Origin: Cyanobacteria bacterium P01_E01_bin.6
Lineage (GTDB): Bacteria; Cyanobacteriota; Cyanobacteriia; CAKZMO01
DNA length: 51,858 bases
NCBI GenBank assembly: GCA_039194035.1
Contig: JBCCWF010000002.1
Coordinates: 1-51,858, forward strand
Direction of reading: 5' to 3'
Position numbers and translations under genes: made by a program. Shown piece after piece: positions 33,949 to 44,552 of this stretch (position 1 is its first letter; each line of letters opens with the position of its first letter). Under the pieces are notes generated by a model, which worked only from the letters and a program-made list of their open reading frames with translations, ran no database searches and was not told where the DNA came from.

Positions 33949-35232
33949 ATGACCCAACAGACCCTTGGTGCAGCCTTAACTGCCTATAGAGCTGCTCTTA
34001 AATCGGAGATTTCTGAGCCACAGCATGTGTTGGAAATTCTGAGTGCTCGCGATCGCCTTCATACTGCTCTAAAAGACGTACCAACCCCAGGGAATTATCT
34101 TCTCACTGAAATTCACAGTCTTGATCAAGTACTCAACAATAAAGCTACAGCTCTCATCTCAACATTAGATTTCAGCACCTATCGAAAAAGTTTCCCGAAG
34201 TCTTCAGAGCAGTGGTGGTGGTTTCTAGATGAGTCCTTGAAACCCAAATATGAGTGGGCTTGGAAAGGGTTCATCACTCTGCTATGGGCGATTAATTTGG
34301 GATTCTTGGTCAACATTAGTGGGCGCTTTTTGCTAGGGGGTGCTGGGGTGGCAGGGCTGTCTGCCGTTGCACTCACCAACCTATTGACGTTACTCAAAGC
34401 TCGCAATGATGTGACCAACGCGGGTCGTGAAGGGATTCAGTTTTTATTTGACCGATTTAAGATTGAAAAGAATCAGCAGTTGCAAGCGAAATTTGGAACT
34501 ACAGCTCTACTTACTGGAGGGCTTTGCACCTTTTGGTTGGCACTTCCATGGATTTCCAATATTTACAATCAGCGTGGACTCACAGCACAGCAAACAGGAA
34601 AGCTGGGCTCCGCCGAGCAGCGCTACACTCTTGCCATTTCCCTCAATGTTGACAATGTTGATGCCCATTACAACCTCGGAACTCTTTACGAAGATATTCA
34701 AGAACTTGATAAAGCTGAAACGCATTATGCGATCGCCATCCGAGGAGATTTGCCAGAAGCCTACAACAATTTAGCCCGACTCTATCTGCAATCGTCAGAG
34801 CCTGAGTTGAATAAAGCATTAGCATTACTCAATCAGGGTTTAAAATTGGCGGATGAACAGCAAAGCTATCCGGAAATTAAATATAGCCTCTATAAAAATC
34901 TGGGTTGGGCTCTGTATCAACAAGCAGAGCAAGACTCTTCACCATCGGCATTTAATGCTGCACAGTCTGCGTTGGATACTGCGATCGCCATTAGTGAGCA
35001 GCCAGAAGCAGAGTCCTATGTCAACAACCCTGGTTCTGCTCATTGCTTGCTGGCGCAAACCTTAGAAGCTCAGGGGCAGACAGATACCCTGCTGGTCTGG
35101 CAACGATGCTGCCAATTGGGCGATCGAAGTATACCTGAAGAAAATGGCTGGCTGACGCTAGCTCGTCAACGTTTTGAATCTGAAAACCTAGACTACAACG
35201 AAGTATGCCGATCTACCGCTACCCCGCTCTAA
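33949..35232 (+). CDS. Membrane protein with C-terminal TPR-like repeats (hypothetical)
   Basis: Hydrophobic segments include FITLLWAINLGFLVNISG and ALLTGGLCTFWLALPW. TPR-like segments include AHYNLGTLYEDIQELDKAETHYAIAI and EAYNNLARLYL. Confidence 0.5.
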   Translation: MTQQTLGAALTAYRAALKSEISEPQHVLEILSARDRLHTALKDVPTPGNYLLTEIHSLDQVLNNKATALISTLDFSTYRKSFPKSSEQWWWFLDESLKPKYEWAWKGFITLLWAINLGFLVNISGRFLLGGAGVAGLSAVALTNLLTLLKARNDVTNAGREGIQFLFDRFKIEKNQQLQAKFGTTALLTGGLCTFWLALPWISNIYNQRGLTAQQTGKLGSAEQRYTLAISLNVDNVDAHYNLGTLYEDIQELDKAETHYAIAIRGDLPEAYNNLARLYLQSSEPELNKALALLNQGLKLADEQQSYPEIKYSLYKNLGWALYQQAEQDSSPSAFNAAQSALDTAIAISEQPEAESYVNNPGSAHCLLAQTLEAQGQTDTLLVWQRCCQLGDRSIPEENGWLTLARQRFESENLDYNEVCRSTATPL

Positions 35233-36317
35233 TCATTTCTGTTGCCTTAACTTTAAGTAGTCTAGCCGTGACTGCTTTACCGGCTTGGAGTCAGACACGA
35301 GGCGGTAACTTCCTCAACCGCGTTCAAGGTGATGTTGTGGTGGGTCGATTTCTTATTACGCCTGATCAAGCAACAGAGGGAATGCTGTTGTCCACCAGTC
35401 ATCAGATTCGGGTAGGCACAAATAGTCAAGCGACACTGAATTGCCGAAACGGCGGCATTCATACCTTTGATCGTGCAGACACATACAATGTCGGTGATTA
35501 TTGCTCTGCTGGAAACGATGTCCGTGCTGAGTCACGAAGAGGTCCATCGCGTGGGACTTTCAACGCATCCTTGCCCTATGTTTTGACTCCTCGCAACACG
35601 GCACTCATCCCAACAGATTCTTTAGTCTTGCAATGGCATCCGGTAGAGGAAGCTACATCTTACGAGATCACCTTGAGTGGGTCTGGCGTTAACTGGACAA
35701 CTCAGGTTAGCGAGGCCCAAGTGAGCTACCCTGACATCGCAGCATTGAGGCCAGATTATCGCTACACCATAGTCATCACATCTGACAATGGACTCTCGTC
35801 TGCTTCGGTGCAATCTATAGGTTTTGCAGTTCTCTCTCCATCTGAAGACGATCGCGTTAATACACGAGTAGAAGAAATCGAGGCAAGGCAGCTAGGCCCC
35901 GATGTGGAGGCCATCGCCCTAGCATTGGAATACATCAACTTTCAACACAGCGATCCGGATCGTCAAAGCTATGCGCTCAATCAGGCAGCCCTAGATGTCT
36001 TAGAGGAACGAATTGACGCAGGAACTAACAATAGTCTGATTTATCTACTTCAAGCTGAGACTTATTTTACAGTTGGGTTACCACTGATGGCTCAAGAACG
36101 TTATGAGCAAGCGTTGATATTTGCTCAAGAAGCAGAGCAGCGAGAATTGCAGGCTGAAAGTTATTTGGGTTTAGCGACAGTCGCTGATGGACAAACAGAA
36201 TATAGAGATGCGATCGCACATCTGCAATCAGCTCAGCAGTTGTATGAAGAGTTGGGCGATTACGAACAAGCTGAGGCATTGCAGGTTCGAATTAATCTAG
36301 TAGAAGAAATACTGTGA
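35205..36317 (+). CDS. Secreted protein (signal peptide) with C-terminal TPR-like region, function unknown
   Basis: The N-terminus MPIYRYPALIISVALTLSSLAVTALPAWSQ is signal-peptide-like. The gene overlaps the upstream gene by 28 nt. Confidence 0.5.
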   Translation: MPIYRYPALIISVALTLSSLAVTALPAWSQTRGGNFLNRVQGDVVVGRFLITPDQATEGMLLSTSHQIRVGTNSQATLNCRNGGIHTFDRADTYNVGDYCSAGNDVRAESRRGPSRGTFNASLPYVLTPRNTALIPTDSLVLQWHPVEEATSYEITLSGSGVNWTTQVSEAQVSYPDIAALRPDYRYTIVITSDNGLSSASVQSIGFAVLSPSEDDRVNTRVEEIEARQLGPDVEAIALALEYINFQHSDPDRQSYALNQAALDVLEERIDAGTNNSLIYLLQAETYFTVGLPLMAQERYEQALIFAQEAEQRELQAESYLGLATVADGQTEYRDAIAHLQSAQQLYEELGDYEQAEALQVRINLVEEIL

Positions 36318-36433
36318 TCTTTTTTGCCATGGAGATGTTAGATGCCATCCTAAGCTAAACCTGCGTTACTGGTATCCAAACAGTCCCTAATTTTACTGAT
36401 TCCTCTTATACCCATTGATTGCCAGCTACTAAT

Positions 36434-39400
36434 ATGACCACACCCTATCGCGACAAAACTAAAGTATTATCTTACTTCTTGACAATAATAGGACTTTGTA
36501 CAGTTTCACTTAGTCATGCTAGCTCAGCCAACTCGGCTCAACCTATACCCATTGCCCAGTTAACAGATAGTCGAAGTCTGGAAAATTTTACCGGAGAGCT
36601 CTCATCCAGATCTTCTATTTTGGAAGATGATGGTAGCTACTATGAAACTCACACTTTTGAGGGGACCGCTGGCGAAGCGATCACTATCGAACTCACCAGT
36701 GAAGAATTTGACACTTACCTCATCTTGTTGAGCTCAAACGGAACAAGGCTCGCTCATGATAATGATGGAGCAGAAGGTACTAATTCCCGCATAACTGTAA
36801 CGCTCCGAGAAACTGGAATCTATATGGTCTTAGTTAACTCTTTTGAAGCTAATCAGGTAGGAGGTTACAATCTCGAATTGAGAGCAGCAACTGAACGAGA
36901 GAGTAACTTAGCACTCGCAGCTCAGCTTAGTCAACAGGGCTTAGATTTGCTTAACTCAGGCCGGTATGAGGAGGCCTTTCCTCTAGCTGAGCGTGTTGTG
37001 AACATATTAGAAGAAGAGCTCGGAGCAGAACACCTAGATACAGCTATTGGTTTACATAACTTGGGCTTTTTGCAGCATTTAAGGGGAATGTATGAAGAAT
37101 CCGAACAACTTTATCTGCGTGCTTTGGATATACGAAAACAATACTTGGGTTTTGATCACCCTGATACTCTGAGCATCATGGATGATTTGGCATTTGCGTA
37201 CACCGCAATGGGCAATTTCGTAGAATCTGAAGCACTTTCTCTTCAGGTTTTATCGATCCGTGAACAAAATTTTCCTGCGGGCAATCCTCAAATCGCCAGT
37301 ACTCTTCACAGACTAGCAGTGTTGTATAGATCCTCCGGTCGTTACGAGGAAGCTGAGAGTTTTTTCCGTCGTGCGCTTTTTATTCTCGAACGTGACTTAG
37401 GTCTTGACCATCTTGAAACAGCTGGTACCATGAACAGTCTGGCTGAAGTTTATCGATTGATGGGACGTTACCGAGAAGCTGAACCCCTTTATCTTCAGGC
37501 TTTAGCGATTGCTGAAGAAAAATACCCTCCTAATCATCCTAATACTGCTACTGCATTAAGTAATTTAGCAACACTATACGATTCAACAAACCGTTATCGA
37601 GAAGCAGAGGAAATCTACTTTCGTGCCATCGGAATTACAGAACAGTTAGGTTCCCAACATCCTCTACACGGGACTGTACTAAATAATTTGGCCGCGCATT
37701 ATGTCTCGAGAGGTTATTTTGCAGTAGCTGAGCCTCTATATCTTTATGCACTTGAGATTACAGAGCAATTAGGCCCTGAACATCCACTTGTTAGCAAAAG
37801 TTTAAATAATCTTGCGGGACTGTATATGGAGATGGGGCGTTACGAGGAAGCAGAATCTTTATTAGTACAATCTTTGAGTATTGCAGAGAAACAACTAGGC
37901 CCTAGTCATCCGTTCACTGCTACTGCTCTACTCAATTTAAGTAGTGTGAATTATTTAGAAGGTCGTTCTGAGCTAGCTCTTGATTTCTTAAATCAGGCTT
38001 TGAAAGTTCAAGAAACGGTTCTTAGCAATAATTTTGTAAGTGGTTCAGATGCTAGCAAGCGCGATTTCCTGGATGCTGTTTCTATCACAACTAATACACT
38101 TATCTCACTCAATTTACGTGAATTTCTAAATGACCCCGAAGCCACTCAATTAGCGCTTGACACCATACTTCAACGCAAAGGTCGTATTCTTGATTTTTTC
38201 ACAAACATACGAACTAGTTTATCTGCTGACGCTGACTCAGCAAGCCTATTAGACAACCTTAGAATATCCACTAATCAACTTTCTACTATTCTTTTTAATC
38301 CACCCAGAAATGTCCCAGTAGAGTCCTATCAAGCTGAGATCGAACTTCTGCAAAATAATATTAGGACCCTTGAAGAACAGCTAAGTCAGCGTAGTTCAGA
38401 ATTTGCTGAGCTTACTAATTCTCCAAGTTGGAATGATATTCGGAAACAGCTCTCTAATGGAACAGCTCTAGTAGAGTACATTCGCTACCGTAACATCGAC
38501 TCTAGATTGCCCCAACCACTGCGCCATGGCGCATATCACTATGCTGCCTACATTTTGCAATCAGATGGGACAATCCACAGCATAGATTTAGGACCGGCTG
38601 AAGCCATTAATGCCGCTGTACAAGATTTATCTAGTAGCTTGACATCATCGGATACACCACTGTTTCAAGTCAAAGAAGAGGCTCAGGCTCTTGAGAGGTT
38701 GGTGATGGCTCCAGTGCGAGCTGCTTTGGGAGACACCACTACGCTTTTTCTCTCTCCTGACAGTGCCCTTAACTTGATTCCCTTTGAATCATTGGTAGAT
38801 GAATCTGGTAACTATTTGGTGGAAACTTATCAATTTCGCTACCTTACCTCTGGTCGTGACTTAATGCGCCTTGACAATACTAATGCCAGCAGCAATCCTG
38901 CTTTACTGATAGGTAATCCGACTTATGGACGATCTGGAGAACAAGTCGCTCAAGCTGATACGTCAGCGCAGACCAATACTCGTGGCATAGATTTCGAAAA
39001 CCGCATTTTTCCATCACTTTCGGGCACTCAAACTGAGGTAGATCGAATTGCTACGTTGCTTCCAGGAATTACCCCTTACACAGGAACTGATGCCACAGAA
39101 GCGTTGCTCAAACAGCAGGATCAGCCCAACCTCATGCATATCGCTACTCACGGTTTCTTTGAAGCCACTGAAGAATCCTTCAATCCTCTATTGCAGTCTG
39201 GGCTGATTCTTGCGGGAGCGTCTCTAGGCCAAAGTGGCCCTGACCAGGATGGGATCCTGACAGCTTTGGAAGTCACGGGACTGAACTTGAGAGGCACTCA
39301 GCTTGTTGTCCTCTCTGCTTGTGAGACAGGCTTAGGAGAATTGGCTGCTGGAGAAGGAGTCTATGGACTGCGTCGTGCTCTGGTGCTAGCTGGTTCTCAG

Positions 39401-39604
39401 AGTCAGGTCATCAGCTTATGGAAGGTCAATGACACGGCTACTCAAGAATTGATGGTCGAATACTACGATCGCCTCCTCTCAGGTACTCCTCGCGATGCGG
39501 CTCTGAGGGAAACCCAACTCGCTTTTCTAGAGAGTGAAGAATACAGCCATCCTTACTACTGGGCGGCTTTCATCGGATCTGGTGACTGGCGACCACTTGA
39601 GTAG
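36434..39604 (+). CDS. CHAT paralog 2: signal/TM, PPC-like, TPR array, CHAT protease
   Basis: It has the same architecture as paralog 1: LEDDGSYYETHTFEGTAGEAITIEL, LMHIATHGFF, VVLSACETGLG and SHPYYWAAFIGSGDW. Confidence 0.85.
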   Translation: MTTPYRDKTKVLSYFLTIIGLCTVSLSHASSANSAQPIPIAQLTDSRSLENFTGELSSRSSILEDDGSYYETHTFEGTAGEAITIELTSEEFDTYLILLSSNGTRLAHDNDGAEGTNSRITVTLRETGIYMVLVNSFEANQVGGYNLELRAATERESNLALAAQLSQQGLDLLNSGRYEEAFPLAERVVNILEEELGAEHLDTAIGLHNLGFLQHLRGMYEESEQLYLRALDIRKQYLGFDHPDTLSIMDDLAFAYTAMGNFVESEALSLQVLSIREQNFPAGNPQIASTLHRLAVLYRSSGRYEEAESFFRRALFILERDLGLDHLETAGTMNSLAEVYRLMGRYREAEPLYLQALAIAEEKYPPNHPNTATALSNLATLYDSTNRYREAEEIYFRAIGITEQLGSQHPLHGTVLNNLAAHYVSRGYFAVAEPLYLYALEITEQLGPEHPLVSKSLNNLAGLYMEMGRYEEAESLLVQSLSIAEKQLGPSHPFTATALLNLSSVNYLEGRSELALDFLNQALKVQETVLSNNFVSGSDASKRDFLDAVSITTNTLISLNLREFLNDPEATQLALDTILQRKGRILDFFTNIRTSLSADADSASLLDNLRISTNQLSTILFNPPRNVPVESYQAEIELLQNNIRTLEEQLSQRSSEFAELTNSPSWNDIRKQLSNGTALVEYIRYRNIDSRLPQPLRHGAYHYAAYILQSDGTIHSIDLGPAEAINAAVQDLSSSLTSSDTPLFQVKEEAQALERLVMAPVRAALGDTTTLFLSPDSALNLIPFESLVDESGNYLVETYQFRYLTSGRDLMRLDNTNASSNPALLIGNPTYGRSGEQVAQADTSAQTNTRGIDFENRIFPSLSGTQTEVDRIATLLPGITPYTGTDATEALLKQQDQPNLMHIATHGFFEATEESFNPLLQSGLILAGASLGQSGPDQDGILTALEVTGLNLRGTQLVVLSACETGLGELAAGEGVYGLRRALVLAGSQSQVISLWKVNDTATQELMVEYYDRLLSGTPRDAALRETQLAFLESEEYSHPYYWAAFIGSGDWRPLE

Positions 39605-39728
39605 CAAGGCTAATCATTAGCGATCATTGAGTCAAGCCGATTCAGCTTATCCATTGCTAATATATGCTCATCGGGGTTAGTCAAAAGTTTGCAGTTTTGA
39701 AAACCTTACAGCTATCAAATAATTCAAC

Positions 39729-42258
39729 ATGAAAAAGCTGCTTTGTTTGCTGCTCCTGTCTCAAGGATTGTTTTCTATTGCGAGTTCTGCTCTAGCCCAA
39801 ACAGCCGATGATTCCCCACAAGCGACAGACGGAAGGTATTCACAAATCGAAGAGGGTTTCATCTCAGACTGTATGAATCAGCCGATGCCTGCTGCGTTGT
39901 CAGGTGTTCGCATTTCCGACTCAGTTCGAACTAACTACTGCAATTGTTGGTTTGATTACGTCAAATCAAACTTTTCATACGAAGAGTTTTCTGAGCTAAA
40001 CGACACGATTACTGCTGATCCAACGGCGGTTATGACCCTGAACCCGCAAACCTTAAACTTGATGGCTCAAGGCTTTCAAGAGTGCTACGACTATGCCATC
40101 GAAGCGCAACAAAATGCAGAGCCAGAGCAAAATCTGGCAGCAGAGATCGAACAACTCGAAGAGCAGATCGCTGCTCTACTCAACCAAAGACAGTTTGAAG
40201 AAGCCACGTTAGTTGCAGAGCAAATTGTAGAAAAAAAAACTCTTGAAGGGGGATACGCATCAATCTTTAGCTGAGCCTATTTACAATCTAGCAGAGCTTT
40301 ATAGACAGCAGGGAAGGTATCTTGAAGCTGAACCGCTATATCAAGAGGCGCTGACCATCTTGGATCTACACTTTGGTGAAACTCTCGATACAGCAGCAAC
40401 TCTCCATAGCTTAGGGCTACTCTCTTATTCGCTAGAGCAATACAGTGATGCCGAGAATTACTTTCAGCGATCGCTAGAAATCGTTAACAGAGGCTATGAA
40501 ATAATCAATAGCCTCGACCCTGCGCTAAATGCGATTCTGACTGAACAGATAGAAAATACCTTCCTAGAAACCTCACCTGCTGTTTACGTCAGTCTGGCGG
40601 GTCTTTACCACAAGCAACAGGAATACGATCGCGCTTTTAGCTTTCTGAAGCAGGCTATTGATAGAGAAGAAGCTTCACTTGTTCGAAATTTGGTAGCGGG
40701 GTCTGATGCCGACAAACAGAATTACCTCAAGAGTGTCGTTGGGACAACCAATGTAGCCATCAGTCTTCATCTCAATCATTTGTCCACATCAACTGAATCC
40801 GCTGAACTTGCACTTTCAACAATTTTGCAGCGGAAGGGCCGGGTTCTCGACCTTTTTACCAACCTTCGTGCCCAGCTTGCTGACGATCCTACAGCCGTCG
40901 AGTTGTTCGATGAATTGCGTGAGGCTAGTAATCGGTTATCAACATTAGCGTACAACCTTTCGTTGAGGCTCTCTGCACAAGAACGTCGAACTCAAATTGG
41001 TACATTACAGGAACGCATTGGAATACTTGAAGATCAGTTGAGTCGCCGCAGCTCAGAGTTTGCTGAACTCACCACATCCCCTACTCTAGAAGACATTCAA
41101 TCGCTATTACCTTCCGACACCGTCTTGATAGATTTCATTCGCTATCAACCCTTAGTAACTGAAGCCGGAGCCGAAGATCGGTTTGCCCCTCCCCGCTATG
41201 CCGCCTACCTGTTCCATACTGACGGCACCGTTCAAGGCATAGATTTAGGGTCAGCCGTAATAATCGACGAAGCAGTCAAAACACTTTCTAGGAGCCTTGC
41301 CTCGCCTGACACACCTCTCTTTCAGGTAAAAGAAAACGCGCGATCGTTGGATGCTCTGGTAATGGCTCCAGTTCGAGATGCACTGGGAGATATCAAAACA
41401 CTCTACATCTCTCCTGATAGTACGCTTAACCTGCTGCCCTTCGAAGCTCTCGTCGATGAGTCGGGGAGCTATCTCATCGAGACCTATCAGTTTCGCTACC
41501 TCACCTCTGGTCGCGACTTGCTGCGAATCAGGAATTCCTCCACCAGCACCAACCCTGCTTTGCTGATTGGTAACCCTGCTTATTCTCGACCTGGAGAAAC
41601 TATTGCTCAAGCCGATAGTAGCCCGAGAAGAAGCATCAACTTGGGCGATCGCATCTTTCCATCTTTACCAGGTACTCAGGAAGAAGTAGTGCGAGTTGCA
41701 TCCCTCCTTCCGAATGCCGAGGTTTATACACAGGCTAATGCCACTGAAGCTGCGGTCAAGCAACAGTCCCAGCCCAGTATTCTGCACATCGCTACTCATG
41801 GTTTCTTTGAACAAATAGGAGAAATTGAAAATCCTCTGTTGCGATCAGGGCTTATCCTAGCTGGTGCTTCTGAAAGCCAAAGCGGTCCTGAGCAGGACGG
41901 TATTCTCACTGCTCTAGAGGTAACAGAACTAAATCTACAAGATACTCAATTGGTAGTGCTCTCGGCCTGTGAAACAGGTTTGGGAGAGCTAGCGTTTGGA
42001 GAAGGATTGTATGGATTACGCCGTGCCCTGGTGTTAGCTGGCTCTCAGAGTCAGGTGATCAGCTTGTGGAAAGTAGATGATTCCGCTACCCAAGAGTTGA
42101 TGGTCAACTACTACGATCGCCTCCTCGCTAATGCTCCACGCGATGCCGCTCTACGAGACACCCAACTTGCTTTTCTAGAAAGCGAAGACTACAGCCATCC
42201 CTACTACTGGACAGCATTCATTGGCTCGGGTGATTGGCGATCATTACAAATGAATTAA
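39729..42258 (+). pseudogene. CHAT paralog 3 with a different N-terminus (signal peptide plus Cys-containing domain, few TPRs), split into two ORFs (39729-40274, 40243-42258) by a frameshift at an A9 tract
   Basis: The signal peptide is MKKLLCLLLLSQGLFSIASSALAQ. The second ORF opens immediately after the TAG at 40228-40230 in its frame. Removing one A gives a continuous ...AEQIVEKKLLKGDTHQSLAEPIYNLAELY. The CHAT motifs are intact. Confidence 0.65.
40231..40239 (+). repeat. A9 homopolymer at the frame switch of CHAT paralog 3
   Basis: Read directly (GTAG AAAAAAAAA CTCTTG). Confidence 0.9.
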
Positions 42259-42379
42259 GCACAACAAATTAGCATCGTCTGAAGCGAAAGAAATCGCGCC
42301 ATAATGCTCGAGGTAGGGGCAAGCATAGATTCGTCTACTCTGTTCCACTAAACATATTTACCCTCAGTACGTGAAGGTT

Positions 42380-42903
42380 ATGAAATCCCTCAATCTCTGG
42401 TTTATTCCTGGCAATTTAAAAGGTGTAATGATCGTTTTGACCACGATCAGCACAGTCTTTTTCGGCAACAGCAATGTTATTGCCATGGCGCCACCTCAAC
42501 TTGCTGCTCAACAAGCATCAGCGAGAACACCGCAGACAATAACAGGTGAATTAGACCAGAATTCTCGTGTCATGGAAGACGATAACAACTACTACGAAAC
42601 TCATACCTTTGAGGGCATCGCGGGGGAAACCATAACCATTGAACTAACCAGCGATGACTTTGATACTTACCTCATCTTAGAAAGTCCCACTGAAGAGTGG
42701 ATTGCTCAAGACGATGATGGAGCCGGTGGCACCAACGCTCAAATCATCCTTACATTGCCAAAAACAGGGACTTATCAGCTGATTGTAAACAGTTATCAAG
42801 CAGGTGAGACTGGAGATTATCAGCTGGAGTGGAGGACTGCAACCGCTACTGAGCAGCCCTTGGCAAATGCAGCACAGCTTAATCAACGCACCATGGAGTT
42901 GTA
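42380..42903 (+). pseudogene. 5' fragment of CHAT paralog 4 (signal/TM plus PPC-like domain), truncated by IS insertion
   Basis: MKSLNLWFIPGNLKG... and MEDDNNYYETHTFEGIAGETITIEL are present. Homology to the paralogs ends at ...AAQLNQRTMELY, exactly at the IS end. The remaining ORF-track residues are read-through into the IS. Confidence 0.8.
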
Positions 42904-44552
42904 TTGGACTTTTAACAAAAAAATGAGTCAGGAGTGTCTATCTCTGCCGATTGCAGAGTGTGTTGTCACGAAGCAATATGAGTGAATTCAATCAACGTTA
43001 AGCTGCTTTTTTCTTCTTTTTCAGTCTAGCCCGCCCCCGTTTGATGATGGGTCGTCGCGGTCTGTGGGATAAGGTGGTTCCAGCGGTGCGACCCGGAGAT
43101 TTACCTCGGGGTTTGGACTCAGCAGCCGGGGTGCCAATCTGCCGAATAATTCGCGTGAAGTCACGCTGAACCATGGCGGGTGTGCAGTGGTGTTGTGTGT
43201 AGTCTGGTAAGAATCGTTGCCACGGTTGAGGGAGTCCCTGCGCCAACAATCGTGCCATCCACAATTGGACATAGGCTAACCAGGAGAATTGAACCCACGC
43301 TTCCTCTTGAGTGACATCAGGGGTTTGTAGGTCATTCATCATTAGGTTCTGCTTAGTGAAGCGAATGCCGTGTTCAAGATTGAAACGCTCGGTATAGCCT
43401 TGGTAGACGTTGCGAGTATCTAGCTGCTGCCGAGAGTGACCAAAGACGATTAACCATTGAGGTTTGAAGAGCCGGTGTCCGGTGGGGTCAGCGAGCTGGA
43501 CTTGGACGAGGTCAAAGGGATGAGCATGCATGGGTTGGGCCTGTGAGCCTTTCATCAAAAGAGCATACCAACGGGTTAAGGTAACGGTCCGAACGTGGCC
43601 TTTGGTGGTGGTGGTTTCAAATTTGATTTGCTCGTCAGGCTCCCCCCACGTGGTCTCATCTTTAAGGTCGAAGCGCTGGCCATACCAACGAGGATGGCCA
43701 CGTCGCTTCTCAGTAGACGCCTGCGGTATCCGATAGAAAACACGATTGGCGCGACTGCGGGTGACAATCACTCGATTTTCCTGAGTGCTGAAGGGATATA
43801 AAAATCGGCGATGACTATAATCACTATCGACCACCAGCACACACCGCTGACTATGCCAGGGTAAGGTCTCGTCATCGAGCAGACGCTCTACCTGCTGCTG
43901 CCCCACCTCGACCTTGCTCTCAAAACTGGTGACACGTTCCACGCTGAGTGGAACAATCCAACGACGCCCTCCCGTGACCTCAGCTTCGGGGATAGCGGCC
44001 ATCAGTGAATAGTTGTGCCCCAAGGTGATCGGTTTTTGGCCTGCAACCACCGTGGGTTTGTAGACCGACTCACGATCCTTGAGAGTGATGGCATGGGGGC
44101 GATTCACCGGGGTGACATCCACACCAAATAACCAATAATCCCGATGGGACGGGGGCGGTACTCCCTTGGCAATTGACTGTATCCAAGTCTGAGGAAATCG
44201 AGACTGAGGAGGACTCCCGTCAGGTTGGTCTGACGCGCTCACCTCATCGCGGGTTGCCCTCAAGGCTCCGATAGCCCCATATAACGATCCATACTCTCGC
44301 CGAAACATAGGGTTGAGGCTTAACTCAACAACAGACCTGGCATGGGTATTCCCACACAGGGCATCTAACAAATCCATCAGACTATCGGACCGTTGATTGA
44401 AACTCGCGTAAACCTGCTCTCGAAATTGGTTGAGTTGATTGATACGATCTTGCACATTCATGGCAATAGGCTGAGCTTCTTTTGGTTTTGCTCTTTATCG
44501 CCTATTGCCGCTTCCTAGTACATTGCTCTCTTCAAATTTGTACAAAGTCCAA
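42904..44552 (-). mobile_element. Insertion sequence (1649 bp) with imperfect terminal inverted repeats and 7-bp target-site duplication AGTTGTA
   Basis: The ends are TTGGACTTTTAACAAA... and ...TTTGTACAAAGTCCAA (first 9 nt perfect). AGTTGTA occurs at 42897-42903 and 44553-44559. Removing the IS plus one duplicate restores the reading frame ...MELYQAGLY... Confidence 0.85.
42998..44461 (-). CDS. DDE transposase (IS4/IS701-like, family assignment tentative)
   Basis: This 487-aa ORF fills the IS and has a basic C-terminal tail. The family guess comes from overall resemblance to cyanobacterial DDE transposases and is not verified. Confidence 0.7.
   Translation of the reverse strand: MNVQDRINQLNQFREQVYASFNQRSDSLMDLLDALCGNTHARSVVELSLNPMFRREYGSLYGAIGALRATRDEVSASDQPDGSPPQSRFPQTWIQSIAKGVPPPSHRDYWLFGVDVTPVNRPHAITLKDRESVYKPTVVAGQKPITLGHNYSLMAAIPEAEVTGGRRWIVPLSVERVTSFESKVEVGQQQVERLLDDETLPWHSQRCVLVVDSDYSHRRFLYPFSTQENRVIVTRSRANRVFYRIPQASTEKRRGHPRWYGQRFDLKDETTWGEPDEQIKFETTTTKGHVRTVTLTRWYALLMKGSQAQPMHAHPFDLVQVQLADPTGHRLFKPQWLIVFGHSRQQLDTRNVYQGYTERFNLEHGIRFTKQNLMMNDLQTPDVTQEEAWVQFSWLAYVQLWMARLLAQGLPQPWQRFLPDYTQHHCTPAMVQRDFTRIIRQIGTPAAESKPRGKSPGRTAGTTLSHRPRRPIIKRGRARLKKKKKAA

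Noticed and set aside
42904-42985. ORF 42371-42985 could be an intact 204-aa gene.
   Set aside because: The last ~27 residues (WTFNKKMSQECL...) are read-through into the IS terminal repeat, and homology to the paralogs stops at 42903.
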